Positions 8,954-18,516 of a stretch of 32,000 bases of DNA are shown here, in pieces. Source of the stretch: Nitratidesulfovibrio vulgaris str. Hildenborough (GTDB lineage: Bacteria > Desulfobacterota > Desulfovibrionia > Desulfovibrionales > Desulfovibrionaceae); the NCBI RefSeq assembly GCF_000195755.1, contig NC_002937.3:3510001-3542000 (forward strand), read 5' to 3'. A program made the position numbers and the translations under genes. Position 1 is the stretch's first letter. The number at the start of each line of letters is the position of its first letter. The notes under the pieces are model-generated. The model did not search any database and had not been told where the DNA came from. It saw nothing but the letters and a program-made list of their open reading frames with translations.

Positions 8954-9189
8954 GGTGTGCTCCGTGGGGCTGAGGGTTGATGCTTTGCAACGTAGCCGCG
9001 TCATCCCGGCTCATTGCACGGCTGTCGCGGCATTCTCCGTTGCCATCCTCATACATATGTCCGCAAGGCCGTAGCGTCCAGAGGGGCATGTTGCTTCATG
9101 GAGAACATCATGCGCCGCGCCCGTCCCGGCATTGCGGTCTGACCGCAACATGGCGGCAATGCGACACTCGCCCCCTCGCGCAATGTGAA

Positions 9190-9218
9190 GCCGCCCGCAG
9201 ACAATGTCTGCGGGCGGC
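9190..9218 (-). terminator. Probable terminator of the oxidoreductase operon
   Basis: GCCGCCCGCAGAC-AAT-GTCTGCGGGCGGC forms a perfect 13-bp GC-rich stem. It lies 48 nt downstream of the gamma-subunit stop on the minus strand. The trailing U-tract (UUCACAUU) is weak. Confidence 0.6.
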
Positions 9219-9265
9219 CGGGAACCTTCGCTACCCCTCCGTCGGAGAGGCCTGTGCAGCGTACG

Positions 9266-9820
9266 CTAACCCTTGGCGGCGTGGTCGAAACCGGCCTGCA
9301 GGGCGTCCGCGTTCTTGGGAATGAGGTGGCTGTAGTGCGCCGAGATGACGCTCTTCAGGCTTTCCTTCACGGCTTCGAGGGGCACGATGCCGGTGGCCTG
9401 CACATAGGCGCCGAGGGCCACCATGTTGGCCATCTTGGTGTTGCCGATGCCGTCGGCGATCTCGTTGGCGGGCACGCAGACCGTGCGCACACGCGCCTCG
9501 GCCTTGCTTGCGTCCACCAGCGAGGTGTTCAGCACCTGCACGCCACCGTCTTCGAGGCGCGCCTCGAACTTGTCCAGCGAGGGCTGGTTCATGATGATGA
9601 GGCTCTTGGGCCGCTGGATGATGGGCGAACCGATGTCTTCATCGGAGACGACCACGGTGCAGTTGGCGGTGCCGCCGCGCATCTCCGGCCCGTAGACCGG
9701 GATGTAGGTGACGTTGAGGCCCGCGTGCATTCCGGCATAGGCGAGAAGGTTGCCGATGAGCATCACGCCCTGGCCCCCGAAACCCGCCATGATCACGTCC
9801 TGATAGATGGCCATCAGCAC
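9266..9820 (-). CDS. oorC: 2-oxoacid:ferredoxin oxidoreductase, gamma subunit
   Basis: The 184-aa ORF contains IMAGFGGQGVMLIGNLLAYAG...VYGPEMRGGTANC, typical of the OFOR gamma subunit. The start is ATG at 9820 or ATG at 9814, which overlaps the beta-subunit stop. Substrate (2-oxoglutarate, pyruvate or other) cannot be told from sequence alone. Confidence 0.88.
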   Translation of the reverse strand: MLMAIYQDVIMAGFGGQGVMLIGNLLAYAGMHAGLNVTYIPVYGPEMRGGTANCTVVVSDEDIGSPIIQRPKSLIIMNQPSLDKFEARLEDGGVQVLNTSLVDASKAEARVRTVCVPANEIADGIGNTKMANMVALGAYVQATGIVPLEAVKESLKSVISAHYSHLIPKNADALQAGFDHAAKG

Positions 9821-10599
9821 ACCCCCTCGGCTTCGGTCACGTCCTTGTACACACCCAGCGGGAAGTAGGGGATCATCTCCTCGGCGATGCGCTTGTTGGC
9901 CTTCACGGCATCCATGCGCCAGTTGGTGGGGCAGGCCGAGAGCATCTCGACGAAGCCGAACCCGAGGTCGTTCTGCTGCACGTCGAAGGCCTTGCGGAGC
10001 GCCTTCTTGGCGGCGCGGATGTGCTTGACCGAGTCGAGCGACACGCGGGCGCTGTAGGCCACCCCGCCGAGACCGGCGATGATCTCGGCCATCTTCATGG
10101 GCAGGCCCTCGGTGTCGCGGCAGCGACCGGAGGGGCAGGTGGTGGTCTTCTGGCCCACCAGCGTGGTGGGGGCCATCTGGCCGCCCGTCATGCCGTAGAC
10201 GGTGTTGTTGACGAAGACGATGGTCATGCGCTCGCCGCGGTTGGCGGCATGCATGATCTCGGCGAGACCGATGGAGGCGAGGTCGCCATCGCCCTGATAG
10301 GCGAAGACGATCTTGTCCTTGCGGGCACGCTTGACGCCGGTTGCCACGGCGGGAGCGCGCCCGTGGGGGGCCTCCACCGTGTCGACGGCGAGATAGTTGT
10401 AGATGAACACCGAGCAGCCGATGGAGCTTACGCAGATGGTGTCTTCAGCCACGCCCATCTCGGTGAGCACTTCCGCCACGAGGCGGTGTGCCACACCGTG
10501 GTGGCAGCCGGGGCAATAGTGGGTGGCGCGGTCGACGAGCAACTCGGGCACGTCGAAGGCGACGGTTTCGTCTTCACGAAGTTCGTGGGCCTGCATCAC
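9814..10599 (-). CDS. oorB: 2-oxoacid:ferredoxin oxidoreductase, beta (TPP-binding) subunit
   Basis: The 261-aa ORF has HYCPGCHHG near the N-terminus and a GDGD...N TPP-binding motif (YQGDGDLASIGLAEIMHAANRGERMTIVFVNN). Confidence 0.9.
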   Translation of the reverse strand: MMQAHELREDETVAFDVPELLVDRATHYCPGCHHGVAHRLVAEVLTEMGVAEDTICVSSIGCSVFIYNYLAVDTVEAPHGRAPAVATGVKRARKDKIVFAYQGDGDLASIGLAEIMHAANRGERMTIVFVNNTVYGMTGGQMAPTTLVGQKTTTCPSGRCRDTEGLPMKMAEIIAGLGGVAYSARVSLDSVKHIRAAKKALRKAFDVQQNDLGFGFVEMLSACPTNWRMDAVKANKRIAEEMIPYFPLGVYKDVTEAEGVC

Positions 10600-11669
10600 T
10601 TCCTCCCCAGGGCGTCGAGTATCGGCTTCAGGAAATCGTCCGAACCCGGCAGTTCGCCCGGCATGTGTCCATAGAAGTCACTGTCGCAGTAGGCGCGCAC
10701 CGCAAGGCGCACGTCGTCCACCATCTGCCCGCAGTTGTGCTCGATGGTCAGGAAGCGCTTGCCCTTGGCGGCGAGGTCCTGAAGCACCTTCTCGGGGAAG
10801 GGGAACAGCGTGACGGGACGCACGAGGCCCACCTTGTGGCCCTGCGCACGCAGCTTGCGGATGGCGGACTTGGCGATGCGTCCGATGGAACCGAAGGCCA
10901 CCACCACGAGGTCGGCGTCTTCGGTCTCGAAGCACTCGGCCCGGGCCAGTTCCTTCATGGCCTCGTACTTGGCCTGAAGGTTGCGGTTCTGCCCTGCCAG
11001 TGCCCCGTCTTCGAGGAACAGCGACTTGAGCAGGCGCGCCGGACGGCCCTTGGCGCCCTGAAGACGCCAGTCTGCGCCTTCGGTGGCGGGGTCGAGGTCG
11101 TCACGCTTCCACGGGGTGACGGGTTCCTTCATCTGGCCGACGATGGCGTCGCCAAGGACGAGCACCGGAGTGCGGAAGCGGTAGGCCACGTCGAACGCCT
11201 CGAACATCATGTCGTAGCATTCCTGACAGGTGGCAGGGGCCAGCACGTAGGTGCGGTAGTCGCCATGACCGCCGCCCTTCACCGACTGGAAGTAGTCGCC
11301 CTGCGAGGGGCCGATGTCGCCAAGGCCCGGGCCGCCACGGTTCATGTTGACGATGACGCCCGGAAGCTCGCTGCCCGCCATGTACGAGATGGCCTCCTGC
11401 ATGAGCGACACGCCGGGGCTGGACGACGAGGTGAAGGCACGCACGCCGCATGCGGCGGCACCCAGCAGCATGTTGGCTGCCGCGACCTCGCTTTCGGCCT
11501 GCACGAACTCCCCGCCTGCGGCGGGAATGGCTGACGACATCATCTCGGGGATGTCGTTCTGGGGCGTGATGGGGTAGCCGAAATAGCAGCGGCACCCTGC
11601 GGCCAGAGCGCCGTGGGCGATGGCCTCATTGCCCTTGATGAAGATCCTTTCGGTCTTTTCGCTGGACAT
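10596..11669 (-). CDS. oorA: 2-oxoacid:ferredoxin oxidoreductase, alpha subunit
   Basis: The 357-aa ORF opens IKGNEAIAHGALAAGCRCYFGYPITPQNDI, the canonical OFOR alpha N-terminus. It overlaps the beta-subunit start by 4 nt. Confidence 0.9.
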   Translation of the reverse strand: MSSEKTERIFIKGNEAIAHGALAAGCRCYFGYPITPQNDIPEMMSSAIPAAGGEFVQAESEVAAANMLLGAAACGVRAFTSSSSPGVSLMQEAISYMAGSELPGVIVNMNRGGPGLGDIGPSQGDYFQSVKGGGHGDYRTYVLAPATCQECYDMMFEAFDVAYRFRTPVLVLGDAIVGQMKEPVTPWKRDDLDPATEGADWRLQGAKGRPARLLKSLFLEDGALAGQNRNLQAKYEAMKELARAECFETEDADLVVVAFGSIGRIAKSAIRKLRAQGHKVGLVRPVTLFPFPEKVLQDLAAKGKRFLTIEHNCGQMVDDVRLAVRAYCDSDFYGHMPGELPGSDDFLKPILDALGRK

Positions 11670-11672
11670 GAG

Positions 11673-11906
11673 CTACTCCCCGGCCTTGGTCTTCTTGGTT
11701 TTGTACACCCTTATAGCCGCATCGGGACAGATGAGCGCGCACGAGGTGCAGGCTGTGCACTCGTGCATGTCCTCTGCGGGCACCTCGGCAACCTTGTAGC
11801 CCTGCCGGTTGAACCGGGAGGACTGACGGATGATGCTCTTGGGGCACACCGTGGTACAGAGCAGGCACCCCTTGCAGCGATCCTCCAGGAAAACTACCCG
11901 TGACAT
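11673..11906 (-). CDS. oorD: 2-oxoacid:ferredoxin oxidoreductase, delta subunit (2x[4Fe-4S] ferredoxin)
   Basis: The 77-aa ORF has two Cys clusters, CKGCLLCTTVCP and CTACTSCALICP. It is first in a delta-alpha-beta-gamma gene order. Confidence 0.88.
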   Translation of the reverse strand: MSRVVFLEDRCKGCLLCTTVCPKSIIRQSSRFNRQGYKVAEVPAEDMHECTACTSCALICPDAAIRVYKTKKTKAGE

Positions 11907-12269
11907 CGTGCGATCCTTGTGGGTTGACGTTGGTGCCCCCCGGCGCGTGCCGGGGGCTGACTTGTTTGTTCGTACAGCAACGAAAAGCTATAGGACAAGT
12001 CGCAAGGGTTTTCCAACCCCCCGCGCCCCACTTTCCCGGCCGGGTCTTCGCCCTGCGTCGTGACTGGTGCCGCAACATGCCGCCATGGATGGACATGCGG
12101 ATTACAGCGAACCGCTCCACATTGCGCCTGCGCGCACCGCCGGCCGCCCCCATAGCCGCAGGTGAGAAACCTCACGCCGCGTGCCCTCCCGTTCACCAGA
12201 AGGAGGCGTAGAAGCCCTGTGCGCGCCTACCATACGCCGCACGCATCCCCGGCCCGCCGCAAGCAGCCC

Positions 12270-13385
12270 CTATCGAAGCAGCATGGCGTCGCCGTACGAG
12301 AAGAAGCGGTAGCCCTCCTCGATGGCCTCGCGGTAGGTGGCAAGCACCCGTTCACGTCCCGCGAAGGCCGAGACCAGCATCAGCAGGGATGATTCGGGCA
12401 GGTGGAAGTTGGTGATGAGATGGTCGACCACCTTGAACGTATAGCCGGGGTACATGAAGATGTCCGTCCACCCCGCGTAGGGTTCGAGAGTGCCCTTCGC
12501 CGTGGCGACCCCCTCCAGCACGCGGCACGAGGTGGTCCCCACGGCCACGACCGGACGGCCATCAGCTTTGGCCCGTCGTATGACCTCCACCGTCTCCGCC
12601 GTCACCTCCACGTATTCGCGGTGCATGGCATGGTCGCGGATGTCGGCGCAACGCACCGGACTGAACGTACCATAGCCCACGTACAGGGTCACCTCGGCCC
12701 ACTGGTGGCCGCGCGCCGTCAGCGTCTCGCGCAGTGACGGCGTGAAATGCAGTCCCGCCGTGGGCGCGGCGACCGACCCTAGACGGTCTTCGCGGGCGAA
12801 GACGGTCTGGTAGCGGTCGCGGTCTTCATCGCCGTCGGCGCGGCGGATGTACGGCGGCAACGGCAGGTGCCCCTCACGGGCGAAGAGGGTGGCCAATTCG
12901 CCACGCCAGAAGAGCAGCACCATGCTGCGCCCGAATTCCCCCTTGTGCACGACCTCCACCCGAAGGTCGTCACCGAAGGAGAGCGTATCACCGGGGCGCA
13001 ACGGCTTCGAGGCGCGCAGCAGTCCTTCCACCTCCGCCACGCACCAGCCCGGTTCCACCGTGCCCGACGCGGGCCCGGCGGCAAGGGGCGTCACCAGCGG
13101 CAGCGGTGTCAGCAACAGGAACTCCACCTTGCCCCCTGTGGGCCTGTGCCCCAGAAGGCGGGCGGGCAGCACCTTGGAGTTGTTGGCGACCAGCAGGGCG
13201 CCTTCCGGCAGGTGTTCCGCGAGGTCGGCGAACCGCGCATGGATGCGCTCGCCCGTCGTGCGGTCGAGCACCAGAAGACGCGACAGTCCGCGCTCGACAG
13301 GCGGGTGCTGGGCGATGCGGTCTTCAGGCAGTTCGTAGTCGTAGCCGGACAGCAGAAAATCCGCTCCGGTGGCGTCATCCTTCAT
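12270..13385 (-). CDS. queA: S-adenosylmethionine:tRNA ribosyltransferase-isomerase
   Basis: QueA signatures are present: DYELPEDRIAQHP, TAGLHFT and FHLPESSLLMLVSAF. I trimmed the start to the ATG at 13385 (MKDDATGADFLLSGYDY...), which has a GGAAGGA SD upstream. The longer form starting at 13433 is not excluded. Confidence 0.93.
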   Translation of the reverse strand: MKDDATGADFLLSGYDYELPEDRIAQHPPVERGLSRLLVLDRTTGERIHARFADLAEHLPEGALLVANNSKVLPARLLGHRPTGGKVEFLLLTPLPLVTPLAAGPASGTVEPGWCVAEVEGLLRASKPLRPGDTLSFGDDLRVEVVHKGEFGRSMVLLFWRGELATLFAREGHLPLPPYIRRADGDEDRDRYQTVFAREDRLGSVAAPTAGLHFTPSLRETLTARGHQWAEVTLYVGYGTFSPVRCADIRDHAMHREYVEVTAETVEVIRRAKADGRPVVAVGTTSCRVLEGVATAKGTLEPYAGWTDIFMYPGYTFKVVDHLITNFHLPESSLLMLVSAFAGRERVLATYREAIEEGYRFFSYGDAMLLR

Positions 13386-13497
13386 GTTTCGTGTATCCTT
13401 CCGCCCCGCGCCGTTTGCAGTTCGGGGCGACATTGGCTAGTGTCGTCACAACCGTCCCATGCGCCGCATGACGGCGACATACCGACAGGAGTGAACA

Positions 13498-14067
13498 ATG
13501 CGCAGATTTCTCGCCTCGGCCATCCTCGCCTGCAGCCTTGTGGCCATGCAGGGATGCTCCGGCTCTTCGCTCTCCATTCCCAACCCCTTCGAACCCGACC
13601 CGCCGTCCAATGTCAATGAGGTCTATTACGGCGAGTTCCCCAGCGTGCCCATTCCCAAGGACATGACCGAGGTGGCCAAGTACACCGCCGTCATGCAGTC
13701 CCCCGACGGGGCCAAGACCGGCTTGCAGGTCTTCGAAGGCAGGCTCGACAGGCAGTCGCTCGTGACCGCCATGGTGCACAACATGAACCGTCAGGGGTGG
13801 CAGTTGCGCTCCATCTTCCGCGCACAGCGCAGCATCCTGCTCTTCGAGAAGGGCGACCGCAACTGCATCGTGGCCGTTACCGACAGCTCGAACCTCGCCA
13901 CCATGGAAGTGTGGGTCGCCTCGCGCCTGCCTGACGGTTCCGTAGGCAGCGAGTCCATGTACTCCACCGGGTCTGCCGGCGGTTCCACGCAGCCCACGTT
14001 CTCCGTGGCCCCCGGCGCGTCTTCCGGCGGCGGTTCCGGCGTGCAGGAACAGGGACTCTCGCAGTAG
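13498..14067 (+). CDS. Putative lipoprotein, function unknown
   Basis: The signal peptide MRRFLASAILACSLVAMQG|CSGSS carries a lipobox. An AGGAG SD lies 7 nt upstream. The C-terminal tail is Gly/Ser-rich. Confidence 0.7.
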   Translation: MRRFLASAILACSLVAMQGCSGSSLSIPNPFEPDPPSNVNEVYYGEFPSVPIPKDMTEVAKYTAVMQSPDGAKTGLQVFEGRLDRQSLVTAMVHNMNRQGWQLRSIFRAQRSILLFEKGDRNCIVAVTDSSNLATMEVWVASRLPDGSVGSESMYSTGSAGGSTQPTFSVAPGASSGGGSGVQEQGLSQ

Positions 14068-15281
14068 TGGACGCACATCTCGCCTTCACGTTCGCCAAGG
14101 GCCGCAGACTCCATCTCGGGGTCTGCGGTTCCGTAGCGGCCTACCGCGCGCCCGACCTCGTGCGCCAGTGGCAGGACGCCGGTCTCTCTGTGGGCGTTAC
14201 GCTCACCGAGGCGGCTAAGCGCTTCATCACGCCCCTCACCTTCGAGGCCCTTGGCGCGGCCCCCGTCTATGGCGACATCTTCGACGGCGGCGACGGGCCC
14301 TTCGGGCACCTCGAACCGGGGCAATGCTGCCATACCTTCGTCATCGCCCCTGCCAGTGCAGCCACATTGGCACGTCTTGCCACGGGCATGGCCGACGACA
14401 TGCTGGCCTGTCAGGCCCTCGCCTTCGACGGCCCCCTCGTGGTCGCCCCCGCCATGAACCCGCGCATGTGGGCACATCCTGCCACCCGCGCCAACATCGA
14501 GACACTGCGTCAGCGCGGTGTCACGGTGGTCGAACCGGGGTGCGGGCGCACCGCCTGCATGGAGGAAGGGCAGGGCAGGCTGGCCGACCTTCGCGCCATA
14601 CACCTTGCCGCATTGCGTGCCCTCGCCCCGCAGGACATGAGCGGCACCCGCGTCATGGTCACCCTTGGCCCCACCCGCGAGAAATGGGACGGCGTCCGCT
14701 ACTGGACGAACCCGTCATCCGGGGTGATGGGCGCTTCGCTGGCTATGGCCGCATGGCTGCGCGGTGCACGTGTGGATGCCGTGTGCGGCCCCGGCGCGCC
14801 ATGGCTGCCTTCAGACATCGTGCGGCATGACGTGGGTTCGGCTGACGAGATGTTCGAAGTGGCGCACGACCTCTGGCCTGACGTGGACACGGGTATCTTC
14901 ACGGCTGCCGTGGCCGACTTCAAGCCAGTGCCCTACGGGGCCGAAAAATTCAAGAAGGCCGATGCGGCCGACGGCTTCGACATCCGCTTCGCCCCCAACC
15001 GTGACATCATCGCCACCCTCGGGGCACTGCGTAAGCCCGGCCAGAGGGTCGTGGGCTTTGCCGCCGAGACGTCCAACCTCATCGAAGCCATGCGCGGCAA
15101 GCTCAAGCGCAAGAATGCCGACATGATCGTCGGCAATCTCGTGGGCAGCAGCGATGCCGGTTTCGGTGCCGCCACCAACCGTGTACGCATCCTCGACGCC
15201 ACAGGGCGCGACGAGGAACTCCCTCTCTTGTCCAAGCCCGATGTCGCATGGAGCATCCTTGAATGGCTGCGCTCCCTCTAG
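14067..15281 (+). CDS. coaBC: Bifunctional phosphopantothenoylcysteine decarboxylase / phosphopantothenate-cysteine ligase
   Basis: The 404-aa ORF has a flavoprotein N-terminal domain (LGVCGSVAAYRAPDLVR...PAMNPRMW) and a CoaB C-terminal domain. The GTG start shares one base with the lipoprotein TAG (GTAGTG). Confidence 0.93.
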   Translation: MDAHLAFTFAKGRRLHLGVCGSVAAYRAPDLVRQWQDAGLSVGVTLTEAAKRFITPLTFEALGAAPVYGDIFDGGDGPFGHLEPGQCCHTFVIAPASAATLARLATGMADDMLACQALAFDGPLVVAPAMNPRMWAHPATRANIETLRQRGVTVVEPGCGRTACMEEGQGRLADLRAIHLAALRALAPQDMSGTRVMVTLGPTREKWDGVRYWTNPSSGVMGASLAMAAWLRGARVDAVCGPGAPWLPSDIVRHDVGSADEMFEVAHDLWPDVDTGIFTAAVADFKPVPYGAEKFKKADAADGFDIRFAPNRDIIATLGALRKPGQRVVGFAAETSNLIEAMRGKLKRKNADMIVGNLVGSSDAGFGAATNRVRILDATGRDEELPLLSKPDVAWSILEWLRSL

Positions 15282-16180
15282 GCATCCACCCGGCGTTCGC
15301 CCCGTGGCACCTTGCGGGGGTACGCCACCTCTATCTCGATGATGCCGCGCTCGCGGCCCTGCGCGAGGCACAAACCGACGACGGACAGGAGCGTGCGGTG
15401 CAACAGGCCAGCCAAGGCACCGCACAGCCCGCAGGTCGCACAGACTCCGTCGGCATGGCTTCGGCCGCGTCCCGGTCACAGCGCGCCGAGAACGGCATCG
15501 ACTCGGGGCGTCGTGTCGATGAGGCATCCGTCCGTCTCCAAACGTCCGGTGCGGATGACACACCTCCCAGCCGCACCCGCCCGACTCGCCCGGAACGCCA
15601 ACCCGCTCATGCCAACCGCTCGACCAAGGGCCTGCCGGAAGGGCAGGATGGAGTTGCTGCGGCACGCCCCGCGCCCGTGACGCTGGGCGTCGAAGCCACT
15701 TCGCTTCCGCCCGAACAATGGCCCGCCATCTGGCGCGACCTCTTTACCCGCACCCCTGCGGGTTCGCCGCTTCTCTGGACGTACTGGGCTCTTGGCGACG
15801 ACCTTTGCGGCAAGCCTGACGATACCCGCAGGCAACTCCTGCGGCGCATCCTCGGTGCACTCGCCATGCCTCGCGGTACGCACAGTTTCTGGCCCGTTGC
15901 CCTTCCCGACGAAGCCTCAGGCGGCGACCTCGTAGCCGATGCGCCCGTCTTTCATGCCGCTGTGCAGCGACTTGCGCCCCGTTGCGTCCTGCTCATGGGG
16001 TCACGCGCCCTCAAGGCCGTCGCGCCGGGACTGCAACTTCGCCCCTTCCAGCAGGTCAATCATCAGGGCAGGCTGTTCATCGTCCTGCCCGACATGGACA
16101 TGCTGCTGCAAGACCCTTCGCGTGCCGACGCCGTGGTCGCCTACCTGCGGCCCACGCTCATGCCGTTCGCCCGGCGCTAG
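15263..16180 (+). CDS. Hypothetical protein: low-complexity N-terminal half and a conserved-looking C-terminal domain of about 160 aa (possibly a degenerate UDG-like fold)
   Basis: The 305-aa ORF has an ATG 19 nt inside the end of coaBC. I read codon usage in the C-terminal half and it is clearly coding. The N-terminal region is rich in Ala, Arg, Ser, Pro and Gln. Confidence 0.6.
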   Translation: MAALPLGIHPAFAPWHLAGVRHLYLDDAALAALREAQTDDGQERAVQQASQGTAQPAGRTDSVGMASAASRSQRAENGIDSGRRVDEASVRLQTSGADDTPPSRTRPTRPERQPAHANRSTKGLPEGQDGVAAARPAPVTLGVEATSLPPEQWPAIWRDLFTRTPAGSPLLWTYWALGDDLCGKPDDTRRQLLRRILGALAMPRGTHSFWPVALPDEASGGDLVADAPVFHAAVQRLAPRCVLLMGSRALKAVAPGLQLRPFQQVNHQGRLFIVLPDMDMLLQDPSRADAVVAYLRPTLMPFARR

Positions 16181-16648
16181 CCTCGCCCCCGCCCAAATAT
16201 CGGCCTGCGGTCGACAGCCTTGAGGGCCTCTCGGCGATGGCGGCCGCCAGTCAACACATGCCTTTGTTCCGGGCATGGCATTCAAACGGCTGACGCGTGC
16301 CCTGAATCGGTCGGAGATGTCCATGTTCGCCGTTGCCCGTGGCAGGCCTCCCGTTGCATGACGTAAAGTAGGGCATGACAGACAGGCCCAGGCGTGGCCC
16401 TTCGCACATGCCATTCTTTCTTGGCACGGTCTGACCAGCATCTCCGGATTTCGCCTGTTCTACAGCCCAATCGTACCGGTCACGGGTATCTCGATTCGAC
16501 TTGCGCCTTCAGCCGCCGCACTTCGACTTTCCATTTGCCTCTTCTTTCTCCCATGCTACGCTACAGCGTATTCTCCGAGAGGAGCCTGTGCCCTCTCCTG
16601 CACCGTTTCCCCGGCATCGCACCGGGATACCGCATTGCGGAGGCCACC

Positions 16649-17404
16649 ATGTTCGAAGCCCTTCCGGTCATTGCCGCCATTGTGCTCTTTCTGGCGACGT
16701 CACTACGCGTCCTCAACGAATACGAACGCGGCGTCATCTTCCGTCTCGGACGCGTCATCCCCACCAAGGGGCCGGGGCTCATCATCGTCATCCCCGTCAT
16801 CGACCGTCTTGTACGTGTCTCCATGCGCGTGCTCACGCTCGACGTTCCCAATCAGGACGTGATCACACGCGACAACGTCTCCATTCAGGTGAACGCAGTC
16901 GTCTATTTCCGCGTTGCGGAACCCGTGCGCGCCATCAACGAGGTGGAAGACTATCTCTACGCAACATCGCAACTTGCGCAGACGACGTTGCGCAGCGTGT
17001 GCGGCGGGGTCGAACTCGACGACCTTCTGGCTCACCGCGACAAGATCAATGCGGACGTCAAGACGCTGCTGGACGGGCAGACCGAACAGTGGGGTGTGCA
17101 GGTGAGTTCCGTCGAACTCAAACACATCGACTTGCCGCAGGAGATGCAGCGCGCCATGGCGAAACAGGCAGAGGCCGAGCGTGAACGACGGGCAAAGGTC
17201 ATCAGCGCCGAAGGTGAGTTCCAGGCAGCCGACAAGCTTTCCGAGGCAGCCGCCATCATCGCCCGCCACCCCGAGGCACTGCAGTTGCGCTACCTCCAGA
17301 CCATTCGCGAGATGTCTTCCGAGAGCAACGCCACCATACTGCCCATTCCCCTCGACCTGCTCTCGACCTTGACACCTAAGAGTAAAAGCGGTTCACCTGC
17401 ATGA
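16649..17404 (+). CDS. SPFH/band-7 (stomatin-like) membrane protein
   Basis: I trimmed the start to the ATG at 16649 ([35 protein letters not shown]...), which has a GGAGG SD 6 nt upstream. It has a TM helix followed by an SPFH domain and an Ala/Glu-rich coiled coil. The 85 upstream in-frame codons have no homology signal. Confidence 0.9.
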   Translation: MFEALPVIAAIVLFLATSLRVLNEYERGVIFRLGRVIPTKGPGLIIVIPVIDRLVRVSMRVLTLDVPNQDVITRDNVSIQVNAVVYFRVAEPVRAINEVEDYLYATSQLAQTTLRSVCGGVELDDLLAHRDKINADVKTLLDGQTEQWGVQVSSVELKHIDLPQEMQRAMAKQAEAERERRAKVISAEGEFQAADKLSEAAAIIARHPEALQLRYLQTIREMSSESNATILPIPLDLLSTLTPKSKSGSPA

Positions 17405-17451
17405 CCCGGCCCACACCACATCCACACACCGTCAACTGCAGGAACAGACCT

Positions 17452-18459
17452 ATGCATGTTCTCGTAACGGGAGCCGCCGGTTTCATCGGCTTTCATCTCT
17501 CCCGCCGCCTTCTAGCCGAAGGGCATACTGTCGTCGGTCTCGACAATCTCAACGACTACTACAGCATTCAGCTCAAACGCGACCGCCTCGCCCTTCTTGA
17601 AGACCATCGCGGCTTCAGTTTCGCTGAAATCGACATGGCCCATGACGACGACATGGACCAGCTTTTCGAACGCGAGGGCTTCACCCACGTGGTGAACCTC
17701 GCTGCACAGGCTGGCGTGCGTTACAGCATCAAGAACCCGCGCTCCTATGTGCAGTCGAACCTTGTCGGCTTCGGCAACATCCTCGAGGGATGCCGACACA
17801 ATCAGGTGAAGCACCTCGTGTACGCATCGTCCAGTTCAGTCTACGGCCTGAACACCACCATGCCGTTTTCGGTGCACGACAACGTAGACCACCCCATCAG
17901 CCTCTACGCCGCGTCGAAGAAGGCCAATGAACTGATGGCCCACACCTACAGCCACCTCTACAGGCTGCCGACCACGGGCTTGCGCTTCTTCACCGTCTAC
18001 GGGCCATGGGGTCGCCCCGACATGGCGCTTTTCCTGTTCACCAAGGCCATTCTCGAGGGGCGGCCCATCGATGTGTTCAACCACGGGCAGATGCGCCGCG
18101 ACTTCACCTACATCGATGACATCGTCGAAGGCGTTCTCAGGGTCATGAAGCTGAATCCGACTCCCAATCCGGCATGGACAGGCAGTGCCCCCGACCCTTC
18201 CACGAGTACCGCGCCCTACCGCATCTACAACATCGGGAACAACAACACCGTCGAACTCGGCAGGTTCATCGAAGTACTCGAAGAGTGCCTCGGCAAGAAG
18301 GCGGTCAAGAACATGCTGCCCATGCAGCCCGGTGACGTGGCAGCGACCTACGCCGACGTCGACGACCTCATCGCTGACACGGGCTTCCGCCCCGCGACCA
18401 CGGTCGAAGAGGGCGTAGCCGCCTTCGTCGCATGGTACCGCGAGTACTACGGCGCATAG
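17452..18459 (+). CDS. NAD-dependent nucleotide-sugar epimerase, most similar to UDP-glucuronate 4-epimerases
   Basis: I trimmed the start to [16 protein letters not shown] (Rossmann GxxGxxG). The YAASKKANE catalytic YxxxK is present, and the overall sequence resembles Cap1J/LpsL-type epimerases. Confidence 0.88.
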   Translation: MHVLVTGAAGFIGFHLSRRLLAEGHTVVGLDNLNDYYSIQLKRDRLALLEDHRGFSFAEIDMAHDDDMDQLFEREGFTHVVNLAAQAGVRYSIKNPRSYVQSNLVGFGNILEGCRHNQVKHLVYASSSSVYGLNTTMPFSVHDNVDHPISLYAASKKANELMAHTYSHLYRLPTTGLRFFTVYGPWGRPDMALFLFTKAILEGRPIDVFNHGQMRRDFTYIDDIVEGVLRVMKLNPTPNPAWTGSAPDPSTSTAPYRIYNIGNNNTVELGRFIEVLEECLGKKAVKNMLPMQPGDVAATYADVDDLIADTGFRPATTVEEGVAAFVAWYREYYGA

Positions 18460-18482
18460 CCTTACGCCTCTGTGACCACCTG

Positions 18483-18516
18483 AAAGGGCCCTCACTGCAC
18501 GTGACGGCCCTTTTTT
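18483..18516 (+). terminator. Rho-independent terminator of the epimerase gene
   Basis: AAAGGGCC...GGCCCTTTTTT: a GC stem followed by a T6 run, starting 24 nt after the stop codon. Confidence 0.75.

Noticed and set aside
16419-16436. TGGCAC hexamers at about 16420, 18671, 6793 and 7500 as further sigma-54 promoters
   Set aside because: At about 16420, 18671 and 7500 the GG-N10-GC spacing is not satisfied. The 6793 site has the spacing but a poor -12 element. The sites at about 6793 and 7500 lie inside the tad-like coding sequences. Only the kdpF-proximal site fits.
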